Assembly (NCBI GenBank): GCA_963768655.1
Contig: CAVYIM010000003.1
Span: 256,001-320,000 of the forward strand
Reading direction: 5' to 3'
Source of the DNA: an uncultured Chloroflexia bacterium
GTDB taxonomy: Bacteria > Chloroflexota > Limnocylindria > Limnocylindrales > CSP1-4
Length of the DNA stretch: 64,000 nucleotides
Position numbers and translations under genes: made by a program. The notes under the pieces are model-generated. The model searched no databases and had not been told where the DNA came from. It saw only the letters and a list, made by a program, of their open reading frames with translations. Each line of letters begins with the position of its first letter. The stretch's first letter is position 1. Below are positions 29,019 to 38,385 of this stretch, in pieces.

Positions 29019-30155
29019 TTGAAGGTTCGTTTCGACCGCATCGCCCTCATCCAGGCAGCCATGCGCGAGCGGGGCTGGATCGCCTTGGTCATCCTCAACC
29101 ACGACGACTACCGCTATCTATTCGGAACGGACAGAACCCAACCGAGGGCTCTGATCCCGTTCGAGGGGCCACCGGAGCTGATCGCCTTCACCGGCGAGGA
29201 GCCCGAGCTTCGGGCCTCCCTGGCCGAGGGGAAGGTGCGGGTGTTCGGCAGCGTTGGCGGCCAGATCCACGACATCGTCGGGCGGCTGCGCGAGATCGCC
29301 GCCGCCGCGCCGGCTGAGTGGGCCAGCGGCGGTCGCTCCAAGGTCGGACTGCAGATGTGGTTCGCCACCCCTGCCTTCCTGGTCGACCTGTTCAAGCAGG
29401 TGAACCCACAGGTCGAGGTGGTCTCGTCGGACCCGGTCATGGATCCGCTGCGGATGATCAAGGAGACCGACGAACTCGCCCTCATGACCGAAGCCCAGCG
29501 TATCGCCGGACTCGGCATGGATCGGGCACGAGAGCTGCTGCGCCCAGGCGTCACCGCCCACGAGATCGCGACCGAAGTCACCTACACGATGATGCGAGCC
29601 GGAGCCGAGGGCACGAGCACGCCGATCTACGCCAACTTCGGCGTCGAAACGTGCATGCTCCACGGCCGCCTCAGCCCGGAGCCGCTCCAGCCGGGACAAC
29701 TGGCCGTGATCGATCTGACGCCGCAGGTGGACGGCTACTGTGCCAACCTGGCTCGGACATTCGTGCTGGGCGAGCCCGATGCCCGCCAGGCCGAGCTGAT
29801 CGCCACGTACCGCGCGATCGTGGCTGCCGTCCGCGCGGGCATGCGACCGGGGGTCACCACAGCCGATCTCGACGCAATGGCCAAGGGCGTCTGCGTGACC
29901 CACGGCCTCGGCGACTATCAGGTGTACGGCATCGGCCATGGCATCGGCCTGCGTTTCGAGGAGCCCCCCGCCTCGACCATCATTCCGCCCCACCGGAGCC
30001 TGCCTCTGTCCGAGGGCATGACAGTCACCATCGGGCACCCGATCCTTGCCATCCCCGGGTTCGGCGGCGTCCGCTTCGAAGACGTCTACCGCGTCGGCGC
30101 ATCCGGATCGGCGATCCTCTTCGACTACCCGATCGAGCCCATCGTCCGAGCTTGA
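29019..30155 (+). CDS. M24 (Xaa-Pro peptidase) fold protein
   Basis: LRMIKETDE, LHG, GYCANLARTF, GHGIGL, GGVRFED; GGAGG RBS before TTG. Confidence 0.88.
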   Translation: MKVRFDRIALIQAAMRERGWIALVILNHDDYRYLFGTDRTQPRALIPFEGPPELIAFTGEEPELRASLAEGKVRVFGSVGGQIHDIVGRLREIAAAAPAEWASGGRSKVGLQMWFATPAFLVDLFKQVNPQVEVVSSDPVMDPLRMIKETDELALMTEAQRIAGLGMDRARELLRPGVTAHEIATEVTYTMMRAGAEGTSTPIYANFGVETCMLHGRLSPEPLQPGQLAVIDLTPQVDGYCANLARTFVLGEPDARQAELIATYRAIVAAVRAGMRPGVTTADLDAMAKGVCVTHGLGDYQVYGIGHGIGLRFEEPPASTIIPPHRSLPLSEGMTVTIGHPILAIPGFGGVRFEDVYRVGASGSAILFDYPIEPIVRA

Positions 30156-30322
30156 CCCAGGGAGTGCACGAGGGGCGGGCGACGAGATGAGGAACAGGAA
30201 CGACAAGGGCCGCTCAGTGTCGCAGGCGGCCACGATCCTGCTTGTGACGTCGCAGCGCAGTCGGCCTAGTAAGTGCCTGGCCTGAGGCCCGGCCTCGATC
30301 GACGCAGGCCCTTCGTTCGCAC

Positions 30323-30787
30323 CGGCAAGCTAGAGGCCGTCTGGGATGGCACAGCCGGATCATCGGCCGATGTCATCTTCGATGTCACTGGCTACTTCAC
30401 TGCCGGCTCGGGTGGTCTGTCCTACTACCCGATCGCACCGGTTCGGGTTCTCGACTCCTCGGTCAGTCTCGGACTGTCGGGTACCTTCGCGAGCCGGAGC
30501 GCGAGACTCTTCACCATCGGCGGTACTGCTGGTGTCCCCTCTGGTGCCGCCGGCATCAGCGGCAACCTGACGGTGCTATCTCCCTCAAGCGCTGGCTGGG
30601 CTCTCGTATCACCCGAGATCGTCGCCACTCCGACCACCTCTACCCTCAACGTCGCCTCCGGACACAGTGAGGCCAACGGCTTCGATGTCGCTCTGGGGGC
30701 CTCGGGTCATGTCGCTCTCGAGTGGGCCGGCACCACCGGCTCCAGCGCCAACATCGCTCTCGATATCACCGGCTACTGGAAGTAGCG
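30323..30787 (+). pseudogene. Orphan 3' fragment, inverted near-identical copy of 44335-44799 (C-terminus of the RCC1 protein)
   Basis: [25 protein letters not shown]...ALDITGYWK* matches the end of ORF 44337..47954; no start. Confidence 0.9.
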
Positions 30788-30950
30788 GGCGGACGCTCGC
30801 TACTCGGCTCTTTCGACCCTTGCCTCCGGCTAGAGCTAGGTGGCGGTGGTTCGGGTGGCCGATCAGCGCGGGGGGTTACCGGCAAATGCGCCACGAGGCG
30901 GCCATCGTGCGGACGTACCTGGCCGGCGGAATAGGCCGGGGTTGCTTGGT

Positions 30951-31331
30951 TCACTCAACCTTCGTTTTGGCCTTTCCGGCGATCTCTTGGACCTTGTACT
31001 CCACGATTCGGCGGATCAGGTCCCGTGGCAATGGCCGGCCGATGGGGAAGCGCGCAGAGCTCTTCCCGTTCTGGTAAGGCTCGAGTTCCGTCTTGAACGC
31101 TTCCACCCGGCTCGGCACCGGATAGAGCCCGACGTGCTTCTCGTAACCGGCGAAGAAGACCAGGTGTCGCCCGTTCAGGTCGAACGTCGGGATCGCGTAG
31201 CTGATCGTCTCCGTCGCCCCGGGTGCCGATGCCTTGATGATTGCGCGCAGCTCTTCCAGCATCGCCCGAGTCTCGGGACGGAACCCCGCGATGTATTCGT
31301 CGATGGAGTTCGCATTCGATCTGGTCGCCAT
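30951..31331 (-). CDS. DUF1801 (YdhG-like) protein
   Basis: SIDEYIA...LEELRAIIK..AP.ATETISY.IPTF...FAGY.KH.GLYP. Confidence 0.88.
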   Translation of the reverse strand: MATRSNANSIDEYIAGFRPETRAMLEELRAIIKASAPGATETISYAIPTFDLNGRHLVFFAGYEKHVGLYPVPSRVEAFKTELEPYQNGKSSARFPIGRPLPRDLIRRIVEYKVQEIAGKAKTKVE

Positions 31332-31622
31332 TCTCGACACCTGCCTGGTCCCTGGATCAGCGCGTCCGACCACGCCGGCTCGCTTGTGCATACGCACTGC
31401 CCCGATTCGAGCGCAATTCCTGCAGGCTGGCCGGGCGGCCCGCCCTTGGACCGCCCCGCGAGCCGGATGGCCAGGGCGCCCTTCTCTGTTCAGCCACCGT
31501 GCGGGCCGCGCACAGCGTCCTGCTCTTGTCCTTGGCGTGACTCGTCGATCGCGCCCCTAGCAGGCGGGCGACGGAAGAGCGCCTTGTCAGATTGAGCACC
31601 TCACAATGGCGCTGCCTCTGCC

Positions 31623-32954
31623 CTACGGCTGGTACAGCTCGGCCGAGGCCGAGTAGTCAGAACCGCCGGAGCCGCCGGCGATGAGGACGCGACCGTCGGA
31701 CAGCAGCGTGGCGGTTTGAACGTTGCGGGCGGTGCCCATCGACCCAGTCGCGCTAAAGGTGCCGCTCGCGGGCTCGTACAACTCGGCCGAGTCCAGACCG
31801 GACCATAGGGAACTGTCGCTCCCCCCTGCGATAAGGACACGGCCATCACGCAGCGCTGTGGCGGAGTGCCAGGCGCGGGCGGTGGTCATCGACCCTGTCC
31901 CGCGGAAGGTGCCGGTCTGGCCGTCGTAGAGCTCCGCTGTGGAAAGACTGTTCGAGTGGGCGTCCATGCCTCCAGCGATGAGGACGAGTCCGCTGGCAAG
32001 CAGTGTGGCCGAGTGCGAACGGCGAGCGGTCGTCATCGACCCGGTCGGGGTGAATCTGCCGGTCGCGGGGTCATACAGCTCAGCCGAGGCGAACGCCGTA
32101 GGGCCGCCCAGTCCGCCGGCGACCAGGACGTGGCCGTCGGGCAGAAGTGTGGCGGTGTGGTGCTCGCGGGCGGTCGTCATGGACCCGGTCGGGGTGAATT
32201 TGCCGGTCGCGGGGTCATACAGCTCAGCCGAGGCGAGGGTTGCCGAGCCGTCGTAGCCTCCGGCGATCAGGACGCGGCCGTCGGAGAGAAGCGTCGCGGT
32301 GTGGCTGCCGCGCGCGGTGACCATTGAGCCGGTCGGGCTGAACCTGCCGGTCGCAGGGTCGTACAACTCGGCCACGGCGACCGGTATGTCACCGGAGGGG
32401 TCGAGGCCTCCAACGATGAGGACCCGGCCGTCGGAGAGGCGGGTCGCTGTGTGGTCGGCGCGACCGTGCGCCATCGAGCCGGTCGGGCTGAACTCGCCGG
32501 TCGCCGGGTCGTACAGCTCAGCCGAGGCGAGGCTCGTGTCCGAGTTGCCGTAGCCTCCCGCGACAAGGACGAGTCCATCTTGCAGTAGAGTCGCCGTGTG
32601 GTCGCCGCGAGCGTCCGCCATCGAGCCGGTCGGGCTGAACTCGGCAGGCGCCGGCGAGGGCTTCGCGGCGGTCACGGTGGCGTGGGCAACGGCGGTGAGG
32701 GTTGGGCTCGACGCTGGAGAGGTCCCGACGCACCCGGCGAAAACAACCGCGGCGAGCAGGCCAGCGAGCCCAACCCGCATCGCGGCAGGGCGCAGGCCGG
32801 GGATTATTCTCGCTTGGGCAGGCGCTGCAGCAGGTGCCGGCACGGGGGTCGGGGCGACCAGGGCGGCGAGATTGCCGACACAGTCGGGGCAGTGATTTCT
32901 CGCGGACGTGAGCGGATTGTCACAGGAGGTACGAGACTCGCTCGAGTTGTCCAT
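31623..32954 (-). CDS. Secreted Kelch-repeat (galactose-oxidase-type) beta-propeller protein
   Basis: Seven repeats of F.PTGSM..AR..HTATLL.DGRVL.AGG...ASAELYDP; VFAGC lipobox-like segment. Confidence 0.9.
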   Translation of the reverse strand: MDNSSESRTSCDNPLTSARNHCPDCVGNLAALVAPTPVPAPAAAPAQARIIPGLRPAAMRVGLAGLLAAVVFAGCVGTSPASSPTLTAVAHATVTAAKPSPAPAEFSPTGSMADARGDHTATLLQDGLVLVAGGYGNSDTSLASAELYDPATGEFSPTGSMAHGRADHTATRLSDGRVLIVGGLDPSGDIPVAVAELYDPATGRFSPTGSMVTARGSHTATLLSDGRVLIAGGYDGSATLASAELYDPATGKFTPTGSMTTAREHHTATLLPDGHVLVAGGLGGPTAFASAELYDPATGRFTPTGSMTTARRSHSATLLASGLVLIAGGMDAHSNSLSTAELYDGQTGTFRGTGSMTTARAWHSATALRDGRVLIAGGSDSSLWSGLDSAELYEPASGTFSATGSMGTARNVQTATLLSDGRVLIAGGSGGSDYSASAELYQP

Positions 32955-33109
32955 GACTCTCCCTGGTCTCTACCGACGATGCGGAGCGCCCTTTCTCGGG
33001 CGCCAATGTACCCGTGCAGCGTCCCTCACCGTCTCGGCCTCCGGTGGCAATCGTACATCCGCAGAATCGGCCCAATCTGCGACTACGGCGTCATCGTGCG
33101 GTCCTGAGC

Positions 33110-33379
33110 TTGGATCGATGGATCCTGGTCGGCACCATGATCACGGCCAACTCGTCCAGCGAGAGCCAGGAGTGGCTGATCGACGGCACCACCGGGAATG
33201 CGGTCTACATCGAGGAAGGGCTGATGGTTCGGGGCGCCATGTCGCCGGATACGGGCACCATCGTCGGTTGTCGCTGGGACGGCAAGGCGGACGGGGCGAA
33301 CCTGGACATGTTCGATCTTGCCTCGGGCCAGAAGTCGGCGATCGGCGCGGGCTACGACGCGGTCTGGCTGGTCTCCTGA
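33110..33379 (+). pseudogene. C-terminal fragment of an unknown (possibly propeller) protein
   Basis: Coding-like stretch DRWILVG...GAMSPDTGTIV...IGAGYDAVWLVS* with no clear start. Confidence 0.4.
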
Positions 33380-33414
33380 GCGCCGGCTAGTCCGGGTACG
33401 AGGCCGGCGTGAGT

Positions 33415-33600
33415 GGCAATCGCCTGGGCTGAGGCGGCGGTGGGCCTCGCGGGCTGCTCGTCGGCAGCCTTCGCTCGACAGCGGGTGGCTATCGTCCGGC
33501 TGCGCCGGCCGGCGAAGCGCATCAGGTCACCCTCGTTGCCGTCCGCGGCGAGCCATCGGACCGCGTACGCATGGCGCAACCGATGCGGGTGCACGTCGAG
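33415..33600 (-). pseudogene. Decayed tyrosine recombinase C-terminal fragment
   Basis: VHPHRLRHAYAVRWLAADGNEGDLMRFAG.RSR..ATRC (catalytic Tyr position is Cys), then frameshifted AREAHRRLSPGD. Confidence 0.8.
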
Positions 33601-33698
33601 TGACACCAGCCACTGCCGGGTCGGTGAGGCCAGCGATGGGCGGCACACTGTCAAGGGAGCGGCCGCCCCCGAACCCGATACGCCCGACCAGGCCAGGT

Positions 33699-34052
33699 AT
33701 GCGGGCGCTGGCAGTCAATGGGCTCGAATTGAAGACGGAGAAGACTGTCTTCTACTCAGTCTCGACTGACTATCAGGCGGTCTGCCCGCGCGGCCATGCC
33801 CAGACACCGCCCGAGGACTGGATGGACGCGGTCGACGAGTGGTACTCATCGACCGGGCCCGCGCTAGTCGACTGTCCGACGTGCCAGAGCCCCTATGTCC
33901 TCACGGACTGGTCGTTCGAGCCTGGTTTCGCCTTCGGTTACCTCGGGTTCCAGTTCTGGAACTGGCCGCCATTCCTCAGCCGCCGTTTGATCGACGAGGT
34001 CGGGCGGCTGCTGGCGCCCCATCGGATTGCCTTCGTGTATTCCAGGCTCTAA
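33699..34052 (+). CDS. Hypothetical Cys-containing protein, probably 5'-truncated
   Basis: CPRGH...CPTC...FGYLGFQFWNWPP; ends just before the att-like site. Confidence 0.6.
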   Translation: MRALAVNGLELKTEKTVFYSVSTDYQAVCPRGHAQTPPEDWMDAVDEWYSSTGPALVDCPTCQSPYVLTDWSFEPGFAFGYLGFQFWNWPPFLSRRLIDEVGRLLAPHRIAFVYSRL

Positions 34053-34107
34053 GAAAGCGGTCCCTGGCCATTGGATCTCGCCCGTCACGCGCCGGGCCCG
34101 ACCGCCT

Positions 34108-34196
34108 CGGCGTAGTACGCGAGTCCTCGCGAATCCGTTGGTGGGTGCACCCTCAAGCCCATGGTGTCTCCTGATCTCGGCGCGACGCGATCTACG
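34108..34196. other. Complete recurring att-like site
   Basis: GGCGTAGTACGCGAGTCCTCGCGAATCCGTTGGTGGGTGCACCCTCAAGC-CC-ATGGTGTCTCCT-GATCTCGGCGCGACG. Confidence 0.85.
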
Positions 34197-34267
34197 CGAC
34201 TTGGCCCCACACGAACCGCGGCATCTGCCCTGTTGTGTGCGCGGCCGCCGTGGTCCAGGATTGGTCG

Positions 34268-34540
34268 ATGAGGTACCTCCGGTGGGACGAGGAGGAGACG
34301 CCCGGGCTGCCGTTCGGGCTGGTCGAGCTGTGGACGGAGATCGACGACAAGGGCACGGTCCGCCGGGAGCTTGGCTTCGACGCCGGAGGGCATATCTGCC
34401 ATCGGTGCCCCTCCAAGTTCTACCGTTACGGAGCCTACGGGCTCTTCGACCTGGCTCCAGTCGAGATCGCTGGCACGGCGGACGAAGTCGAGCCGACTGA
34501 GTTCGAGCGCCGCTGGCGGGAGAACGAGCTAGCGGACTAA
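34268..34540 (+). CDS. Small acidic hypothetical protein
   Basis: MRYLRWDEE...EIDDKGTVRRELGFD...YGLFD...EFERRW. Confidence 0.65.
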   Translation: MRYLRWDEEETPGLPFGLVELWTEIDDKGTVRRELGFDAGGHICHRCPSKFYRYGAYGLFDLAPVEIAGTADEVEPTEFERRWRENELAD

Positions 34541-35002
34541 GAGCCTGTGTATGAACTCGCCGGACCTCTCGGCTCACCTTTGACCTAGCTCTGGCCGGAC
34601 GCGATATCCTGCGATACAGCCATCTTTGCCGGCAGAACCTAGGCGTCACTTGCAGCGTCGAGGAGCCATGAGACGGATCCTGACAGTCGCAGTCGCGATC
34701 TTTCTGTTGGCCGCGTGGACACTCCTCCTCCCGGTGGTTGCGCCGCGGAGCAACAAGCTGCCCTCGCGGCTGTCTCGGGACTTGGCTACACCGTGGCGAG
34801 GATCGAGATCATTCAGGCGGGCTGGTCGTGCTGGCCGTTCAACCAACCCTCGCCGTTCAACAACCGGGCTCTTGCCCCTCCATCCTGGGCGAACCAGTTG
34901 CTTACGTTCTCGACCTTGTAGAGCGGCGCAATCGGAGTGCAGCCGCTCGCACCATTGGGCGGCTTCTTGATGTCGAGCTTGAGGTCGTGGTGTGCGGCGA
35001 GG

Positions 35003-36491
35003 GAGGTTGTCCCGAGTTCCGTGGAATTTGAGTTGAGGGGAGGGTCCTCCAGCCCGGAGCGTGAGCTGTCACGCTACGGGAGACCCGGAAAGTCGAACTG
35101 GAGGAACCCATGCCATCGTCCCACGTCCGGCCCCGCCCTGAGAAGCGATGCCGCCGACCTCGCCGTCTCGTTCACCAGCTTCCTGCTGAGCTGACAGGGC
35201 GGCTCGAGGGCCATCTCGCCACGTTCGCGAGCCATCTGCGCGAGGGCCTGCTGGCCGCTTCGACCGCGGTCGGCCTCGAGGTCCTCGACGAGCTGATGGC
35301 GGCTGAGGTTGACGGCCTGGCCGGCCCACGCGGCCGCCACCGAGCGGATCGAGTTGCCTATCGCCATGGCAGTGAAGCCGGAACCGTGACCCTGGGCGGC
35401 CGCCGACTCCGCGTCGAGCGGCCACGTGTGCGAAGTGCCGATGGAGCAGCCGAGCTGCCGCTCGCGACCTACGAGGCCGCGAGAGCCAGCGATCTGCTCG
35501 CCGACGGGATCGTCGCCCGGATGCTCGCGGGGCTCTCGACTCGCGACTATCCGGTTGGCCTCGAGCCTGTTGGCGAGGCCATCGAGGAGGCCGCCGTCTC
35601 GACCAGCCACGCCGCCGTCAGCCGCCGCTTCCTCGCCGCCACGGCAGAGCGCCTGGCTGAGCTGCTCGGGCGCAGACTCGACGACCGCCGCTACCTCGTG
35701 CTCATGCTCGATGGCTTTCGCCTGGGCGATCACCTGCTCGTAGGCGCGCTCGGGATCGACGCCGCCGGCCACAAGGTGCCCCTCGGCGTGGTCGAGGGCA
35801 CGACCGAGAACAGCGCGGTGGTCAACGCGCTCCTGGCGGACTTGCGCGATCGCGGTCTGGACACAAGCGCAGGCGTCCTCTTCGTCGTCGACGGCGGCTC
35901 CGCCATCGGTTCGGCCATCCGCACCTTCTTGGGCAAAGGCGTGGCGATCCATCGCTGCCATCGCCACAAAGAGCGCAACGTTCTAGAGCACCTGCCCGAG
36001 ATCGAACGACCGCTCGCCCAGCGCCGGCTTCGGGCCGCCTGGGCCGAGCGAGATCCGGACAGGGCGAAGGCGGCCCTCCACTCCCTGGCCCGCAGTCTGG
36101 CCCACAGCCGTCCGGGAGCCGCCGCGTCGCTGCGCGAGGGGCTCGACGACACGCTCACCCTGACGCGTCTGGGCATCAGCGGCTCGCTCTGGAGGACGCT
36201 CGAGTCGACCAACCCGATGGAATCGATGATCGAGATCGTCAAGACGCACGCCCGCCGGGTGAAGAACTGGGAGTCGGGCGAGATGGCGCTGCGCTGGGCC
36301 GCCGCTGGGATGCTCGCCGCAGAGGCTCAGTTCCGCCGAGTCTGCGGCTATCGGGAGCTGCCCATTCTTGCCGCTGCGCTAAAGCGCGAGCTCCACATCG
36401 AAAGCGAGGCGAGCGCTACCAACCAACCGATATGATCAGCAACCTGGAGACCCGACCCTCACTGAAATTCCACGACGAGCGGGACATCCTC
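35003..36491 (+). mobile_element. IS256-family insertion sequence, complete
   Basis: Left IR GAGGTTGTCCCGAGTTCCGTGGAATTT, right IR AAATTCCACGACGAGCGGGACATCCTC; 8-bp target duplication CGGCGAGG at 34995-35002 and 36492-36499. Confidence 0.95.
35110..36435 (+). CDS. IS256-family transposase
   Basis: GLSTRDY, LMLDG, VVDGG, RCHRHKERN, STNPMES. Confidence 0.95.
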   Translation: MPSSHVRPRPEKRCRRPRRLVHQLPAELTGRLEGHLATFASHLREGLLAASTAVGLEVLDELMAAEVDGLAGPRGRHRADRVAYRHGSEAGTVTLGGRRLRVERPRVRSADGAAELPLATYEAARASDLLADGIVARMLAGLSTRDYPVGLEPVGEAIEEAAVSTSHAAVSRRFLAATAERLAELLGRRLDDRRYLVLMLDGFRLGDHLLVGALGIDAAGHKVPLGVVEGTTENSAVVNALLADLRDRGLDTSAGVLFVVDGGSAIGSAIRTFLGKGVAIHRCHRHKERNVLEHLPEIERPLAQRRLRAAWAERDPDRAKAALHSLARSLAHSRPGAAASLREGLDDTLTLTRLGISGSLWRTLESTNPMESMIEIVKTHARRVKNWESGEMALRWAAAGMLAAEAQFRRVCGYRELPILAAALKRELHIESEASATNQPI

Positions 36492-36540
36492 CGGCGAGGT
36501 GGTTCAGACCCTGATAGCCGCGGTCGGCGACAATCGCCGC

Positions 36541-36570
36541 GCCCGATGGCGTTCCTGATCTCGGCGAGAC
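36541..36570. other. Right half of the recurring att-like site
   Basis: CC-GATGGCGTTCCT(12 nt)-GATCTCGGCGAGAC, same spacing as the complete sites. Confidence 0.6.
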
Positions 36571-36822
36571 AAAGGTCGGACGGGACGGTGAACCCGCCGG
36601 GGTCGCATGGTCGAGCCGGGATTCAGACCGGGTCTGGCCGGTGAGCTAGCCGGGATCGCGCTTGGAGGATCGGCTACGCACTCCCTTCAGGCCGGTCATC
36701 ACCTAGGCGGAAGCGGCGCTGGTACGCCCGGGACCCCGGGTGCATAGTGCCACATGCCGGGAGAGCGCCCCGCGTGGCGGGCGATCTCGGTGGAACAGCA
36801 TCGCCCAGAAAGGGGGGTCTCC

Positions 36823-37632
36823 ATGAACGTCCTACACCTGAACCTCGGGGGGCGGTTCGACGCCTTCTTGGGTCGGATCTTCGGTACCACCAGGGTGGAG
36901 AAGGCTGAACGAGCCTGGAAGAACTCGCTCTGGCTGGTCATCGTGTTGGGAGCGGTTCCGCTGGTCTGGTACGCGCAATCGCAGCCAGCTCCCTGGACGG
37001 TCCTCGCGGGCGGATTCTTCGTCGCCGGAGCGTCGGCCGTGGTCGGTGCTTTGGGCGGAATGATCTTCGGGTTGCCCCGCCCGGGAACGCCCACTCCTGG
37101 CGCCAAGCCCTCAAGTGACGCCGCCACTGCGCCGAAGGCGGCCAATCAGCCGGGGATCACTCCCAACACGAACATGATCGAGATCTCTGATTGGCTGACC
37201 AAGATCATCGTCGGCCTGGGCCTGACTCAACTCGCAGCGCTCCCCGGCGATTTCCAGAGGCTGGTGGATTGGGCTCGTGGCGCGCTCGGCAACGCGTCCG
37301 GGTCGGACACGATTGTCGGGCTGCTCATCCTGATCTACGCCGTGACAGGCTTCATACTGACGTACCTGTTCACTCGGACGGATCTTGAGGCGGCAATCGC
37401 CGCAGCCGACGCTTCCCCAGGCGCACAGCTCGACCTACTCTCCCAGTTGTCGGAGCTTCACCGGAAGCAGGCCCTCACGGACGATGAGTTCCGCCAGCTG
37501 AAGACCAAGAATTCTCGCGAACGTCAGTGCGTAGATCTGATCGCGTCTGACCCAGCTCGGACGGCTTCGAATACGGGCCGAGATGAGTCGAAGTGCGCGT
37601 CTTGCGTCTCCGCACCACACCGCGCATGCTGA
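36823..37632 (+). CDS. Membrane protein with NTN..EISDWLTKIIVG motif and SHOCT-like C-terminal helix
   Basis: Four TM segments; LSQLSELHRKQALTDDEFRQLK; AAGGGGG RBS. Confidence 0.75.
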   Translation: MNVLHLNLGGRFDAFLGRIFGTTRVEKAERAWKNSLWLVIVLGAVPLVWYAQSQPAPWTVLAGGFFVAGASAVVGALGGMIFGLPRPGTPTPGAKPSSDAATAPKAANQPGITPNTNMIEISDWLTKIIVGLGLTQLAALPGDFQRLVDWARGALGNASGSDTIVGLLILIYAVTGFILTYLFTRTDLEAAIAAADASPGAQLDLLSQLSELHRKQALTDDEFRQLKTKNSRERQCVDLIASDPARTASNTGRDESKCASCVSAPHRAC

Positions 37633-37656
37633 CTCTGAACGGGCTCGCGCTCAGTT

Positions 37657-37682
37657 GTAGTGGCGAGCCCTCGTGAATCCGT
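37657..37682. other. Left half of the recurring att-like site (decayed)
   Basis: GTAGTGGCGAGCCCTCGTGAATCCGT versus GTAGTACGCGAGTCCTCGCGAATCCGT. Confidence 0.6.
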
Positions 37683-37939
37683 ATTCCAGCCCCTCGTCCT
37701 CCGGTCGTCGCCTTTGCTTCGGGCCCACTCGCCGTCTCCTCCTGCCCGAGCGGCAGAAGCGGAGTCCGACCTGCAAACCGAACACGCCGGACCGTTGGTG
37801 CGAGGATGACGGCCAATTCCACCACACTGCGGCTTGATCGTGGCGACTGACGGCTAGAATGCTCGTGCTCCCGAGGCCCTGGAGCGTTCGGCGATCCGAG
37901 CGCGACCACGACATCGAGCGATCGACAAGAGGTGCCAGC

Positions 37940-38332
37940 GTGCAGGCAATACCCGACGAACTCGCTTACCTGCTGTCCACGAATGTGCCCGCTCACGTGA
38001 CCCTAACCGAGGCGGATGGTTCCCTCGTCACGCACGTCATGTGGGTGGACTACGACGGCGAGCACATCCTGACGAGCTCGCCGACCGAGTCGTACAAGAG
38101 CCAGGCGCTGCGGCGGCGCCCGAACGTCGCCATCTCCGTGGTTGACCCGGCGGACTCCTGGCGCCGTCTTTCGATCAGCGGACGGGTCACCGAATTCCGC
38201 CCGGACGAGGGGCTCGAGTTCATCAACGAGCTCTCACGGCGGTACGTCGGAACGCCGTACCCGCGAACAGCGCCGCGCGAGATCTTCGTGATCACGCCCG
38301 ACAAGGTGCGTCCGTTTATGGGACGACGCTGA
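37940..38332 (+). CDS. PPOX-class (F420-dependent) oxidoreductase-like protein
   Basis: TL..DGS...MWVDYDGEHIL...K...LRRRPNVAISVVDP...LSISGRV...ELSRRY.G..YP. Confidence 0.85.
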   Translation: MQAIPDELAYLLSTNVPAHVTLTEADGSLVTHVMWVDYDGEHILTSSPTESYKSQALRRRPNVAISVVDPADSWRRLSISGRVTEFRPDEGLEFINELSRRYVGTPYPRTAPREIFVITPDKVRPFMGRR

Positions 38333-38385
38333 CCAGCCGCGCCTTTCGGAATACGCTGACGGCACCACGCCGGGAGATTCAATAG

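Larger units (their letters stand above)
34905..36540 (-). pseudogene. IS5-like transposase fragment interrupted by IS256
   Basis: Removing IS256 and one target duplication restores AIVADRGYQGLNHLAAHHDLKLDIKKPP...TPIAPLYKVE (ADxGY and VE motifs). A possible IS5-type end TAA-GAGCCTGT is at ~34538. Confidence 0.55.
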
